A stretch of 64,000 bases of DNA from Parcubacteria group bacterium GW2011_GWC1_36_108 (GCA_000991245.1 LBRD01000005.1:10944-74943), one strand, 5' to 3'. Positions 28,793 through 39,110 are shown, numbered from the stretch's first letter. The notes: generated by a model from the letters alone, not told the origin. Translations and numbers: made by a program.

Positions 28793-30622
28793 CTATGTCA
28801 ACACAGCTTTAATCCTCCTTACGCCACTTGACGATGCTTCTTCTTTTTGAATTTTGAAATGACCCAATTCACCAGTATTTTTGGCGTGCGGTCCTCCGCA
28901 AATTTCACGACTAACCACTTCTCCGGCGTCATTTATGATTGAATATACGGTCACTTTTTCGCCATATTTTGATTCAAAAACTCCCATAGCATTTAGCTTT
29001 TTAGCTTGCTCCAAGGTCATTTCTTCATTCAAAACGTCCAATTTGGCCTCTATTGCTCTGTTCACGAGGTTTTCTATCAATATGAGCTGCTCAGGCACTA
29101 CCTTTTCCGGATGCGAGAAATCGAGCCGTAGTCGCTCTGGTGTGATGTTAGAACCTTTTTGAAATACATGATCACCCAATATTTGCCTAAGTGAAGCCAA
29201 AAGAAGATGCGCCGCGGTGTGCAATCTGGCTGTTTCCTCTCCAGAATCTGCGAGTCCACCTTTAAACATTCCGGCTGAAGCCGTGCGAGAAAGATCTTGG
29301 TGTTTTTTCATTTCATCTCCAGCTTCTTTCTCATCAACTATTACACCCTTTTCCTTGGCAATTTCAATTGTAAGTTCCAATGGAAATCCATAAGTTTGAT
29401 ACAAATCAAAAGCATCTTTTCCTGATATCGCAGTGCTGGATAATTTATTAAATTGTTTCAAGCCATTTTCCAAAGTCTTTCTAAATTTCTCTTCCTCTTT
29501 TTTCAACTCTGCAAAAATTATTTCTCTTTGCTTTTTGAGTTCTGGATAAAAATCTCCAAAATTTTGAATAACAATTTCAGCCAAACTGACTGTAAAATCT
29601 TTTTCAATTCCCAAAAGTTTTCCATAGCGCACTGCCCGACGAATGAGTCGTCGCAAAACATAACCAGCTCCAGTATTAAGAGGCGTCACGCCATCGGCAA
29701 TCATAAAAACACTGGCGCGAACATGATCAGCGATAATGCGAAATGCCTTTTTTGTTTCGTCGCTATCTTGATAACCACTGCCAGAAATTTCAGCTATTTT
29801 TTCAAAAAGTGGTTTAAATAATTCAGTTTCAAAAACCGTGTATTCCCCATCAAGGACTGTCAGTGTCCTTTCAACTCCCATTCCAGTGTCAACATTCGGT
29901 TTGGCAAGTTTTTCATATTTACCTTCAGCCGTTTTGTTAAACTCCATAAAAACATTATTCCAGACTTCCATAATTCTGAAACTATCAACCAAATCTCCAA
30001 ATTTTCCTTCGAGTTTTCCTTCTTCAGGACGCATATCATAAAACATTTCTGTGTCACCTCCGCATGGACCAGTCGCACCAGCAATCCAAAAATTATCATC
30101 GGTTCCAAGTGGAATGATGCGCACATTACTTTTTATCATTTCATCTTCGCCTGCAACCTCAACCTCCATCCCGGCATCTGCAAAAACTTTTTGCCAAGTT
30201 GCAATCGCTTCCTCATCTCGCGGAATAACATTTTCACCCTTAAAAACCGTCACATACAATCTATTTTTATCAAGTCCTAACCATTTTGGATCAGTCAAAA
30301 ATTCAAAGCTCCAAACAATTGCTTCCTTTTTGAAATAATCTCCAAAACTCCAATTCCCCATCATTTCAAAAAAAGTCAGATGACGATTGTCGCCCACATC
30401 ATCAATGTCCCCAGTGCGCACACACTTTTGCACATTAGCAACACGATTACCTCCCGGATGCTGTTCGCCTAAAAGATATGGCACCAAGGGATGCATACCG
30501 GCAGTCGTAAAAAGCGTTGAACCATCAGTTTCACGCGGAACCAAAGAAGCCGAAGGGATGATTGTGTGTCCCTTGCTTTCAAAAAAATCAAGATATTTTT
30601 TTCTAAGTTCATTTGCTGTCAT
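28793..30622 (-). CDS. alaS: alanine--tRNA ligase (short form, no C-Ala domain)
   Basis: LFTTAGM, HLTFFEMMGN, DTGMGVER, HTAAH and EICGGPH editing motifs; ends at GVRRIKAVLT. Confidence 0.97.
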   Translation of the reverse strand: MTANELRKKYLDFFESKGHTIIPSASLVPRETDGSTLFTTAGMHPLVPYLLGEQHPGGNRVANVQKCVRTGDIDDVGDNRHLTFFEMMGNWSFGDYFKKEAIVWSFEFLTDPKWLGLDKNRLYVTVFKGENVIPRDEEAIATWQKVFADAGMEVEVAGEDEMIKSNVRIIPLGTDDNFWIAGATGPCGGDTEMFYDMRPEEGKLEGKFGDLVDSFRIMEVWNNVFMEFNKTAEGKYEKLAKPNVDTGMGVERTLTVLDGEYTVFETELFKPLFEKIAEISGSGYQDSDETKKAFRIIADHVRASVFMIADGVTPLNTGAGYVLRRLIRRAVRYGKLLGIEKDFTVSLAEIVIQNFGDFYPELKKQREIIFAELKKEEEKFRKTLENGLKQFNKLSSTAISGKDAFDLYQTYGFPLELTIEIAKEKGVIVDEKEAGDEMKKHQDLSRTASAGMFKGGLADSGEETARLHTAAHLLLASLRQILGDHVFQKGSNITPERLRLDFSHPEKVVPEQLILIENLVNRAIEAKLDVLNEEMTLEQAKKLNAMGVFESKYGEKVTVYSIINDAGEVVSREICGGPHAKNTGELGHFKIQKEEASSSGVRRIKAVLT

Positions 30623-30675
30623 ATGGGTAGGTGTTAGGTTTTAGTTTTTAGGTTCTAGGCTCTGTATCAAAAAGT

Positions 30676-30900
30676 TTATTTTAGCATTTTTTGGACTTCA
30701 TTCTCAATGGCGTCCCAATCACTGCCACTAAATTTTTTCAATTGATCTTTTTTCTTGAGCATTCCCATAATATCAGCAACATCCTTTTTGTCTTTCGCTG
30801 CCCTCACAGCATCATCAATCGCATCGATTGTAAAGCCATGCAATTTAATTTCTTTTTGCTCGACAATACCCAGTATAAATCCTTTCAAATCTACGTACAT
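30676..30900 (-). CDS. hypothetical protein
   Basis: 74-aa ORF co-oriented within the operon. Confidence 0.6.
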   Translation of the reverse strand: MYVDLKGFILGIVEQKEIKLHGFTIDAIDDAVRAAKDKKDVADIMGMLKKKDQLKKFSGSDWDAIENEVQKMLK

Positions 30901-30929
30901 ATTTTTTACTGATTATTTATTACCTTTTA

Positions 30930-31190
30930 TTACCTCCCCAAATTATTCATTTGATGTTTAAGTTTGATAATCTCAAGCTGCATTTGCTGATGATCAGCAG
31001 TCAATTTTTTCAATTGATTTTCCCTGAGAAGAGTTTCGGTTTGAAGTTGCGACTGTTTGTGTTTAAGTTCGCGCAAAACAACATCAACATCCAACATAGC
31101 ACGCTCACTTCTTTTTATGTCAGAATCTTTGAGCATTATCGCCATCTGCAACTTTTTTCTCTGCGCCAACAATTCAGGATCCATTTGCAT
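30930..31190 (-). CDS. coiled-coil hypothetical protein
   Basis: 86-aa ORF with heptad-like L/Q/K pattern. Confidence 0.65.
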   Translation of the reverse strand: MQMDPELLAQRKKLQMAIMLKDSDIKRSERAMLDVDVVLRELKHKQSQLQTETLLRENQLKKLTADHQQMQLEIIKLKHQMNNLGR

Positions 31191-31194
31191 AAGT

Positions 31195-31279
31195 TTAGGA
31201 GTTAGTAATTAGAAATTAGGAATTAGGCAATAAAAATCCTGCATTTTACTACAACCTAATTCCTACAACCTACAAGCTA
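31195..31279. repeat. inverted heptamer-repeat hairpin (TTAGGAA / TTCCTA-CAACCTA)
   Basis: TTAGGAG TTAGTAA TTAGAAA TTAGGAA TTAGG ... CAACCTA ATTCCTA CAACCTA CAAGCTA. Confidence 0.7.
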
Positions 31280-32398
31280 TAATATGATTCCTCCGCCCAA
31301 CACCTCATTGTCATCCGCATAAAACACAGCACTTTGCCCTGGCGTTATCGCCTTTTGTCTTTCCAAAAACTCCACTTCCAAAACGGTATTTTTTTGAGCC
31401 CCTGTTGTATGTTGCTTGTTGTATGTTGCTTGTTGTTTTATTATACCACGCACCAAAGGATGCCGGTATCTTATTTTTACATTTACCTCTAATGGCAATT
31501 TCGGCTCATCCGCAATCCAGTTTTTAAGTTCAACTGTCATTATTTTTTTAAACACTTTTTCATCTTCTTCATTATTAGTAACGATGAGTTGATTATTCTT
31601 AAAATCACGCTGGACCACAAAATATGGTCCATTGCCGCCAATATTAATTCCCTTGCGTTGACCAATAGTATAAGTTTCTAGTCCATCATGTGTGCCAATT
31701 TTTTTACCTTCGGTATTAATAATATCTCCTGGCGACAAAGCAAGATTACGTTTGATGAATTTGGTTGGAGTTTTTTCCGGTGTAAAACAAAGACCTTGCG
31801 AATCTTCCTTATCAAAAACTGGCAACTTTATTTTTTCGGCAATTTTTCTTATAGCAGGTTTTTTATATGTTCCCACGGGAAATAAAATTTTTGCGAGCTG
31901 TGCCTGCTTTAAGGAATAAAGAAAATACGTCTGATCTTTTTCTTCATCACTTGAAGTGTAGAGATGAAACTTTCCATCAATATTTTTCACTTCAGCATAA
32001 TGTCCAGTTGCCACAAAATCAGCGTCCATCTCCAACATCTTTTTAAACAAAAAATTAAATTTGATTCTTTCATTGCAAACCACGCAAGGATTTGGAGTGC
32101 GTCCAGCTTTTATTTCTGAAAGAAAATAATCCACGACTTCTTTTTTAAATTCTTGAGCAGCGTTGGAAGTATAAAGAGGGATGTCCAAAATTTGAGCCAC
32201 TTTTCGAGCATCTTGTTGAGATTCAACACTGCAACATTTGTTCTCTCTAAGTTCATCCTGTCCTGGTTCTTTCCAAAAATGCAAAAAAACACCCACGACA
32301 TCATAGCCTTGTTCTTTTAGAAGTGCGGCTGCCACCGAAGAGTCCACCCCGGCGCTCATCCCCACAATTACCCTCTTCTTGATTATATTCTTACTCAT
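31277..32398 (-). CDS. mnmA: tRNA-specific 2-thiouridylase MnmA
   Basis: MSAGVDSSVAA, TPNPCVVCN, ATGHYA, KDQTYFL, TIGQRKG, TPGQSAVFY. Confidence 0.97.
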   Translation of the reverse strand: MSKNIIKKRVIVGMSAGVDSSVAAALLKEQGYDVVGVFLHFWKEPGQDELRENKCCSVESQQDARKVAQILDIPLYTSNAAQEFKKEVVDYFLSEIKAGRTPNPCVVCNERIKFNFLFKKMLEMDADFVATGHYAEVKNIDGKFHLYTSSDEEKDQTYFLYSLKQAQLAKILFPVGTYKKPAIRKIAEKIKLPVFDKEDSQGLCFTPEKTPTKFIKRNLALSPGDIINTEGKKIGTHDGLETYTIGQRKGINIGGNGPYFVVQRDFKNNQLIVTNNEEDEKVFKKIMTVELKNWIADEPKLPLEVNVKIRYRHPLVRGIIKQQATYNKQHTTGAQKNTVLEVEFLERQKAITPGQSAVFYADDNEVLGGGIIL

Positions 32399-32451
32399 AT
32401 GTACTTCATAATACCACCATTTTTCCTCATTGTAAACAAAAAACTAGCCAA

Positions 32452-32709
32452 TCAATTAGCTTTTTTGATTTGGGATATTAATTCCGATTTTTCTTCTCGT
32501 GATAATTTTTTGATACGATTTTCCTCTTTTGATGCAGTAGAGCGATTTTTGAATTTTTTTGCATAAACAAGTTCAACTGGCCGCCTACCACTCGTATATT
32601 TTGCGCCCAACTTTAAATTATTATGCTCATCAACTCTTCTTTTCAAATCTGTCGTAATGCCAGTATAAAAAGTTTTGTCAGAGCATTTCAAAATATATAT
32701 TTGCCACAT
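32452..32709 (-). CDS. GIY-YIG nuclease (UPF0213-like)
   Basis: IYILKCSDKTFYTGITTDLKRRVDEHN, GAKYT, RPVELVY. Confidence 0.92.
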   Translation of the reverse strand: MWQIYILKCSDKTFYTGITTDLKRRVDEHNNLKLGAKYTSGRRPVELVYAKKFKNRSTASKEENRIKKLSREEKSELISQIKKAN

Positions 32710-32898
32710 TTACTTGGAATATTTCGCCTTAAAATTATCCAGCTCCTCTTTGGGCACATTCTCCTCAATTCTTCTGACAATTTGATGAGCTCGAGTTGCA
32801 GAAATTTTACATTCTTTTGCAATATCACGAAAAAACTTACCTTCAACATGCATCTGATATATTTTTTTCCTTTCCTTTGTAAAATTATACGCTCCCAT
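32710..32898 (-). CDS. small HTH protein
   Basis: GKFFRDIAKECKISATRAHQIV HTH pattern; start placed at MGAYN. Confidence 0.7.
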   Translation of the reverse strand: MGAYNFTKERKKIYQMHVEGKFFRDIAKECKISATRAHQIVRRIEENVPKEELDNFKAKYSK

Positions 32899-32918
32899 AA
32901 TTTTATTTTTTTTAATTT

Positions 32919-34232
32919 TTACACACAATTTTTTAAAAATGTTTTTTGGAGTTCCCGCTTTTTCAAAATTTTCATCTTGAGAACATATGTATCATTGTCA
33001 CGAGAAAGTTTCTCTAGAATTTTATTAAATTCATATACTTTTGGATTTACTTCCAAGGCTACTTTATTAATTCCTAATAATTTTATACCATCCAATGTCC
33101 TAACTCGCGAGAGTGCAACGTATCCCATTCCGTATTCAAAAGATTTAGACAAATCCATTTCAACCGCATCCAAGGTCATTCCCTGACTTTTATGCACTGT
33201 GATTGCCCAAGCAAGTCTTAGTGGTATTTGTGTTATGGTGGCAAGCGCTGATTCATTTTCTTCGATTGACCATTTCTCAGGATTTGCAATTATCGTTTTA
33301 CCAGAAAAAGTTTTTACTATCGGTGTACCAGCATGATCAAAATTAGTCACCATTCCCAATGTTCCATTAACATAACCTTTTTCAAAATTATTTTTCACAA
33401 ACATAACCACCGCACCTTTCTTGAGAAATAATGTTTCCGGAGCAAGACATCCCTTTTTTACCGCAGCTGCCACAAATTCATTTCCCTTGGAACTCATCTC
33501 AAAAATTCTAGCTTCTTCTTTTATCTTCTTAAGTTCCAAATTATTAATAGCATCAACATTTATATTATGTGTAAATAACTTGGTTGGCGTAACACTATTT
33601 TTTATATTTTTATTTTGACGTGACAAAATTAAATCTAAGGTTTTCTGATTGCAAGACTTGTTTCTGATGTCGTTTAAAATTTTAAGCATCTGTCCATCTT
33701 CTTGTCTATGTTGTTCTTCCAAATAACAAATTTTTGGAGCCATTTCTTGCCAAGCCGCAGATTCAATAACAAAGCGAGACTCTTCTCCAGATTTTGCCAC
33801 TGGTGGCAATTGAAAAAAATCTCCACACAAAATAACCTGCAATCCACCAAATGGCGAAAATGGCTCTTTAAATTTTTTGCAAATTGCATTAATAATATCG
33901 AGTTGATGCGCATGAAGCATAGACACTTCATCAATAATAAGCACGCTCGTGGTTGCAAAGCGTTGTTTATGATAATGTCTTTTTTTGAGCTTAGTATAAT
34001 CCTCTTCCGTGAATGTATCACTGATCCCCATTCCGGACCAAGAATGAATAGTTTGACCATTCATATGGGTCGCTGCAATTCCGGTTGAAGCAGTAATCGC
34101 CACACCAATACTATTCTCTTTTAGATATTCAATATATTGCTTTAACAAATATGTCTTGCCAGAGCCAGCAGGTCCCGTCAAAAAAACGTTATGTCCAAGC
34201 TTTAAAATATCGAGTGCTGTTTTTTGTTTCAT
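32919..34232 (-). CDS. Pif1-family SF1B DNA helicase
   Basis: LTGPAGSGKT, ASTGIAA, IIDEVSM, CGDFFQLPPV, PLRLAWAITVHKSQGMT, YVALSRV. Confidence 0.93.
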   Translation of the reverse strand: MKQKTALDILKLGHNVFLTGPAGSGKTYLLKQYIEYLKENSIGVAITASTGIAATHMNGQTIHSWSGMGISDTFTEEDYTKLKKRHYHKQRFATTSVLIIDEVSMLHAHQLDIINAICKKFKEPFSPFGGLQVILCGDFFQLPPVAKSGEESRFVIESAAWQEMAPKICYLEEQHRQEDGQMLKILNDIRNKSCNQKTLDLILSRQNKNIKNSVTPTKLFTHNINVDAINNLELKKIKEEARIFEMSSKGNEFVAAAVKKGCLAPETLFLKKGAVVMFVKNNFEKGYVNGTLGMVTNFDHAGTPIVKTFSGKTIIANPEKWSIEENESALATITQIPLRLAWAITVHKSQGMTLDAVEMDLSKSFEYGMGYVALSRVRTLDGIKLLGINKVALEVNPKVYEFNKILEKLSRDNDTYVLKMKILKKRELQKTFLKNCV

Positions 34233-34320
34233 AAAATAAGCTTATCCTGTTTAGCTATTTTATTCAAGAGACAAAAAACAATCCCAATTAAATGGGACTG
34301 TTTTTGAGTTTCTGTTTTTT

Positions 34321-36417
34321 CTATTTGCTCGCATCAATCATCCTGCGAACTTCATCTAGATTTACTTGTGGACGCGTGCGCTGGGGTTTAAATTTTTTGG
34401 GAGCAATGTGCTGCATTTGCGAAAGTGACATTGGACGATCTTTTGAAACATAGGCTTTGTGTTCAACTTTTTTTTCAGCTGGCTGCGTCACTTTTTGCAC
34501 TGGCTTATTTTCTTGCACTGTTTTAATTGGTTGCCTTGTTGGTTGCTCAATTGGCGCAGCAAGATCAGCATTTTCTTCTTGCTGTCTTTGCATTTTTCTT
34601 TCTTGATTAAGTTTTTCCTTGGCAGTCATCCGTTGATATTCTTTGAGACAATCTTTGCAAAAGGTCGGCCTTTTTCCATCTGGCTGAAAAGGAATTTGAA
34701 TGTTGTCTCCACACATATCACAAATTGCATCAAATTTTGGCCTGTCATCAACTGGTTTGACGTAATAGTCAGGATTTTCCTCCTCTTGTTGCTGAATTTG
34801 GCTTGCTTGAGGCTGCGGTTGATTATATTCTCCAAGATCATCTTGATTTATAGGTGCTTTTTCAGTTGTTACCTGCGTCTGGATCACTTTTTGAGGTTGC
34901 GAAGCACCAAGGGGCTCTGGGATGCTTACAGAGGCCTGCGGCTCATTTTTTTGCTCAGCTGCGACTGGTTGCTGAATTTGAGGTTTTTGCACGGTTTGCT
35001 CAATTCTAGGGGCAAAGTTTTGATGAGCACTTTGTGCAGTCTGAGGCTGCGGAGCTTTGTATTGAACATTGTTTGGATTTTGAATAATTTGACCTGTTGG
35101 AGGCTTGTTGACCGTTTGAAAACCAGCAGCAGGCATAACACCAGCCCAACGAGAAATTTTATCTTCAACTTCTTCTTTACTAGAAGCATAACGCTCACGT
35201 GAGTTGGCAATGATCTTTTCTTCATTTTCGGCAGTATCTTCAATGTACACAGGCGGCAACACTTGAGCAGAAAAAGCATCCCCCGCAATTCCGTCAATCA
35301 TCAATTTCAGATAAATGTTATATTTTGGCAAATTCACAATATCATTTTGCACAAACACGGGCATAAATTCTTTTTCCAAAAATTCAGCATCCATCGCACC
35401 AACACGAAAAGAAATGATTGTGCCAGCATTTCCAAAAATAGCATCACGAACTTTTTCATCAATCTGAGTTATATATTGATTTGCCAAAATCAAATTGAGA
35501 CGATATTTTCGAGCCTCAGACAAAATATTAGCAAAAGATTCTGTTGCGAAGTTTTGAAACTCATCAACATACAAATAAAAATCCTTGCGCTGATCTTCTG
35601 GAATGTCCACGCGTCCCATTGCCGCCAGCTGAATCTTGGTAATCATCATAGCTCCCAAAAGCGCACCATTGTCCTCTCCAATTCGTCCTTTTGAAAGATT
35701 TATGATTAAAATCTTTCGAGTATCCATCGCATCGCGAATATCAAAAGAAGATTGAGTTTGACCAACAATATTTCTAATCAATGAGCTGGACAAAAATTGT
35801 CCAACCTTATTTTGAATCGGAGAAACAACTTCTTGCAAAACTTTATCACTCCATTTTGGAAATTCATCAACCCAGAATTGCCTGATCACAGGATCAGTAA
35901 CTTTCTCCACCACACGCTCGCGATATTTTTTGTCCACCAAAATTCTCGTCACTCCAAGCAAGGTGCTCCCAGGATATTCCAACAAAGCCAAGATTGCATT
36001 ACGCAAAATATATTCCAATCGAGGTCCCCAAGAATCAGCCCAAATCTTTTTGAAAACGCCAATGAGTCCCGATGCTACCAAATGTCTATAATCAGGATCA
36101 ACCGATTCCATCACATTAAAAGCCAGCGGATAATTTTGATCAGCCGGATTGAGGTATATAACATCATTAATACGATTTGCAGGAACCGCTTTCAAAAGTT
36201 TTTCAGCAGTGTCTCCGTGAGGATCGATATAGCAAATTCCGTGACCATTACGAATATCTTGCACCACCAAATTCTCCAGCAGGTTTGTTTTACCCATACC
36301 GGTTTTTCCGATGATATACATATGTCGAGTTCGGTCATCAGTTTTTATTCCGAAAACTCTCTCTTGATTTCTAAAGTTCGTTTTTGCAAAAAATGCAATT
36401 TCGTTGTTATTTGCCAT
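34321..36417 (-). CDS. VirD4/TraD/HerA-like coupling ATPase with Q/P-rich linker and CxxC-x17-CxxC domain
   Basis: HMYIIGKTGMGKT, IDPHGD, YVDEFQNF, SEARKY; C-terminal CDMC...CKDC. Confidence 0.88.
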   Translation of the reverse strand: MANNNEIAFFAKTNFRNQERVFGIKTDDRTRHMYIIGKTGMGKTNLLENLVVQDIRNGHGICYIDPHGDTAEKLLKAVPANRINDVIYLNPADQNYPLAFNVMESVDPDYRHLVASGLIGVFKKIWADSWGPRLEYILRNAILALLEYPGSTLLGVTRILVDKKYRERVVEKVTDPVIRQFWVDEFPKWSDKVLQEVVSPIQNKVGQFLSSSLIRNIVGQTQSSFDIRDAMDTRKILIINLSKGRIGEDNGALLGAMMITKIQLAAMGRVDIPEDQRKDFYLYVDEFQNFATESFANILSEARKYRLNLILANQYITQIDEKVRDAIFGNAGTIISFRVGAMDAEFLEKEFMPVFVQNDIVNLPKYNIYLKLMIDGIAGDAFSAQVLPPVYIEDTAENEEKIIANSRERYASSKEEVEDKISRWAGVMPAAGFQTVNKPPTGQIIQNPNNVQYKAPQPQTAQSAHQNFAPRIEQTVQKPQIQQPVAAEQKNEPQASVSIPEPLGASQPQKVIQTQVTTEKAPINQDDLGEYNQPQPQASQIQQQEEENPDYYVKPVDDRPKFDAICDMCGDNIQIPFQPDGKRPTFCKDCLKEYQRMTAKEKLNQERKMQRQQEENADLAAPIEQPTRQPIKTVQENKPVQKVTQPAEKKVEHKAYVSKDRPMSLSQMQHIAPKKFKPQRTRPQVNLDEVRRMIDASK

Positions 36418-36504
36418 AGTTGTAACTAGCGTTGTAGTTATTGCTTATTAAAATGCATTCTTGTTTTTTTGTTGTGGGTTGTAAGTTGTGAGTTATGAGT
36501 TATT

Positions 36505-37785
36505 TTACTCTATTGGTAAGTTCGAAGGGGCGCCACCACGCTTGGCTTCCACTCGAGAAACTGATGGTGCGATCACATTCATATCTGGCAAGTGAAAGAT
36601 TGTTGCCAACTCCTCAGTACTCATTACCATCTGAACACCATCCCCGCTTCTGTTTCGATATCGACGCAAAATTTTGCGTTGACGATAACGCAAACGATTT
36701 CGTTGATTAACCCAATTTGCAAAAGTTTTAGACATATTGTCCGGCTTAAAGCCATTCATATTGTCATCATTAAATTGTTTTAAACTACCCCAAAAACCAG
36801 AAACTCCGTGAGATTTGTCAAAATTTTCTCTAAGACCAAGATATATGTATCGTCCTTTAACACTAAATTGCCATTTTCCAAGATTTTCCTCAACAGCTTT
36901 GAGCACATCTCTTTCTCCTGGAGAAAGACGGGTATCAAGCGGTTGCTCATCTTTCTTTTTTTCCGATGCAAATTCAACTGGCGAATGAGTAGCTTTAAAC
37001 AAGTTGCTAATAACATCAACAAAGTCTTTCCAAAATCTTTCCAGAATAGAATCGCTCTTTTTTTCGTTGCCTTTTAGTTTTTCAACTAATTCTTTTCCTT
37101 TTGTCGAAGCCCAAGATGGTGAATTTGGTGCAATAATCCATTGAAGCCACATCTGTTGCCCTGGACCAAGTTTACCCATAACTTCAAAAAGCCCAGCTAG
37201 TGGATCAATCATAGTGCCAGTGATATCTTCTTCAAATGCCTTATAAGATCGAATAGGATAAGCCAAATGCTTACTTGTAGGAGCAATATCAGCTCCCCAT
37301 AAATCCCATTTCCCGTTAGGAATAATTTTTGGCACATCATCAACATAATCAGGAACTTCAATTATTTCAACGTCAGGATATTGAGCATACAAAGCTGCCT
37401 CGACAAGATTACGATATTTTTTCATCGAACGAATATACAAGTGTACATCGCCAGCATTACTTACTATTTCCAAACTCATATAATCAGTGAACATACCACT
37501 GATATATACTTCAGCAATATCAAAACCTTTTTCAACTCCAGCAAAGGTTGTGAAAAGTGCCTCCATAGGCTTGGGACTTTTTTCAATATTTTTTGGCGGG
37601 ATAAGCTCCAAAAGCACCCAGTCAGCTGAAGCCCAAAAAGCATCCTGCACATGCCTCAGCCAATAAATTTTAAACGTAAAAAATAAAAGCGGCGGCAAAA
37701 TAATGAACCATACATAGCTCATCACCTGCGACGCCGTTTTTATATCTGTACCTATTCCAATTATTGAAGATGAAATAATGTCCAT
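36505..37785 (-). CDS. membrane-anchored hypothetical protein upstream of the coupling ATPase
   Basis: N-terminal TM, YAQYPDVEI and ELATIFHLP motifs. Confidence 0.8.
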   Translation of the reverse strand: MDIISSSIIGIGTDIKTASQVMSYVWFIILPPLLFFTFKIYWLRHVQDAFWASADWVLLELIPPKNIEKSPKPMEALFTTFAGVEKGFDIAEVYISGMFTDYMSLEIVSNAGDVHLYIRSMKKYRNLVEAALYAQYPDVEIIEVPDYVDDVPKIIPNGKWDLWGADIAPTSKHLAYPIRSYKAFEEDITGTMIDPLAGLFEVMGKLGPGQQMWLQWIIAPNSPSWASTKGKELVEKLKGNEKKSDSILERFWKDFVDVISNLFKATHSPVEFASEKKKDEQPLDTRLSPGERDVLKAVEENLGKWQFSVKGRYIYLGLRENFDKSHGVSGFWGSLKQFNDDNMNGFKPDNMSKTFANWVNQRNRLRYRQRKILRRYRNRSGDGVQMVMSTEELATIFHLPDMNVIAPSVSRVEAKRGGAPSNLPIE

Positions 37786-37825
37786 TTTGTTGTATTTATT
37801 TTAGCGATACTAATACATGAATGAA

Positions 37826-37910
37826 TGCGTATGTTGCGAATATGCCAATGACACGAATTTTTGCATTATTTGCATATTCGCGTATTTGCATGAATTTGCA
37901 TAATTCGTAT
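37826..37910. repeat. inverted ~9-mer repeat hairpin (GCGAAT / ATTCGC-TTTGCAT)
   Basis: ATGCGTATG TTGCGAATA TGCCAATG ACACGAAT ... TTTGCATTA TTTGCATA TTCGCGTA TTTGCATGA. Confidence 0.65.
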
Positions 37911-37912
37911 CT

Positions 37913-38971
37913 TTATTTCTTTATTGAATATGTTCCACTTTTTGATTTGGCGAAGTAGTTATTCAAGTTTATCACAATAGTTGATTTTTTCACATGTCTT
38001 ATTTCCAAAACCTTGGTAAGAATTTCTTCTCTGCTGAGCGTTCCATCTTTTTTCTTCAAGATTTCTTCAATCACATCTTTCACTGTTCCACTTTTATATC
38101 CCCATTCAACCAAAGCATAAATTCCCCTTCCAACCAAAACGAAATTTTTATCTTTAATCAATTCATTATGCACGGTTTGAGCGTGAGTTTTCTTTCTGTT
38201 TAAATGATACTGATCAATCTTTTTTGCAATATCTCGAAAATGAAGTGGGCGAGATGCCTCCTTCAAAACCAAGTAAGCCTTTTCTCTTGTGCCCTTAGGT
38301 GAAATTTCTTTCCATTTTGCAAGCCCCCATTTTGAAAAAGTGTTTTGCTTGATCTCATCAGAAACTTCCAAATAATGTGTGAACATTTCCTTGGTTAAAT
38401 CAAATGATGACAATTCATTTTTCATCAGTGCAAGCAATTCTTCAGCTGAAAGAGGTTTTTTTTGTGTTTTTAAAATTGCAACTGCAGCATTTTTAACTGC
38501 ACGCCATTTTTCAATATCAAAATCAGGTAATGAATATGAAAAAGCCAATTCACCTTTGATTTCATTGTTTGCAATATTATCGAAACATTCCAAGAAAAAA
38601 GAAACTGAAGACTCTTCGCTTCTTTGTCCTTTTCCAAGTGCAAACAATAGCTCCTTCTCCCCCATTATACCACCATTGCTAGCAAGTGCCAACATAACTT
38701 TTTCTTGTATTTGCAAAAACAAAGTGTCGTTCTTTTTTTCTTTAACTTTTTTCAGAACTTCACGAATAACTTGTCTAACTCTTTCGCGAGTTATGCTATA
38801 TTTTTTTCCAATTTCTTCCAAAGTCATTGAATGAGAATTAAAAACACCCCAACGACTGAAGATTATCTCCTGAGAACGCTCAGAAAAATCAGCCACAATC
38901 TCCCTGAGTGCGTCTGAAAAAAATCCTGTCTTAATTTCTACCCCTTTATTTTCAACAATTGCTTTTTCCAT
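37913..38971 (-). CDS. sigma70-region-4 plus HARE-HTH (RNAP delta-like) DNA-binding protein
   Basis: TLEEIGKKYSITRERVRQV; PLHFRDIA..QTVHNELIKDKNFVLVGRGIYAL. Confidence 0.8.
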   Translation of the reverse strand: MEKAIVENKGVEIKTGFFSDALREIVADFSERSQEIIFSRWGVFNSHSMTLEEIGKKYSITRERVRQVIREVLKKVKEKKNDTLFLQIQEKVMLALASNGGIMGEKELLFALGKGQRSEESSVSFFLECFDNIANNEIKGELAFSYSLPDFDIEKWRAVKNAAVAILKTQKKPLSAEELLALMKNELSSFDLTKEMFTHYLEVSDEIKQNTFSKWGLAKWKEISPKGTREKAYLVLKEASRPLHFRDIAKKIDQYHLNRKKTHAQTVHNELIKDKNFVLVGRGIYALVEWGYKSGTVKDVIEEILKKKDGTLSREEILTKVLEIRHVKKSTIVINLNNYFAKSKSGTYSIKK

Positions 38972-39110
38972 ATGCTTTACGACTAAATTTGAATATATTA
39001 GGTTTCAAATTATATTAACACATATTAAAATTTTGTCAATAGGCAACAAAAAAATCAAGGGGTCCGGTAGAGACTCCTTGATTTGACACTAAATTTAATT
39101 CTTTTTTGCA

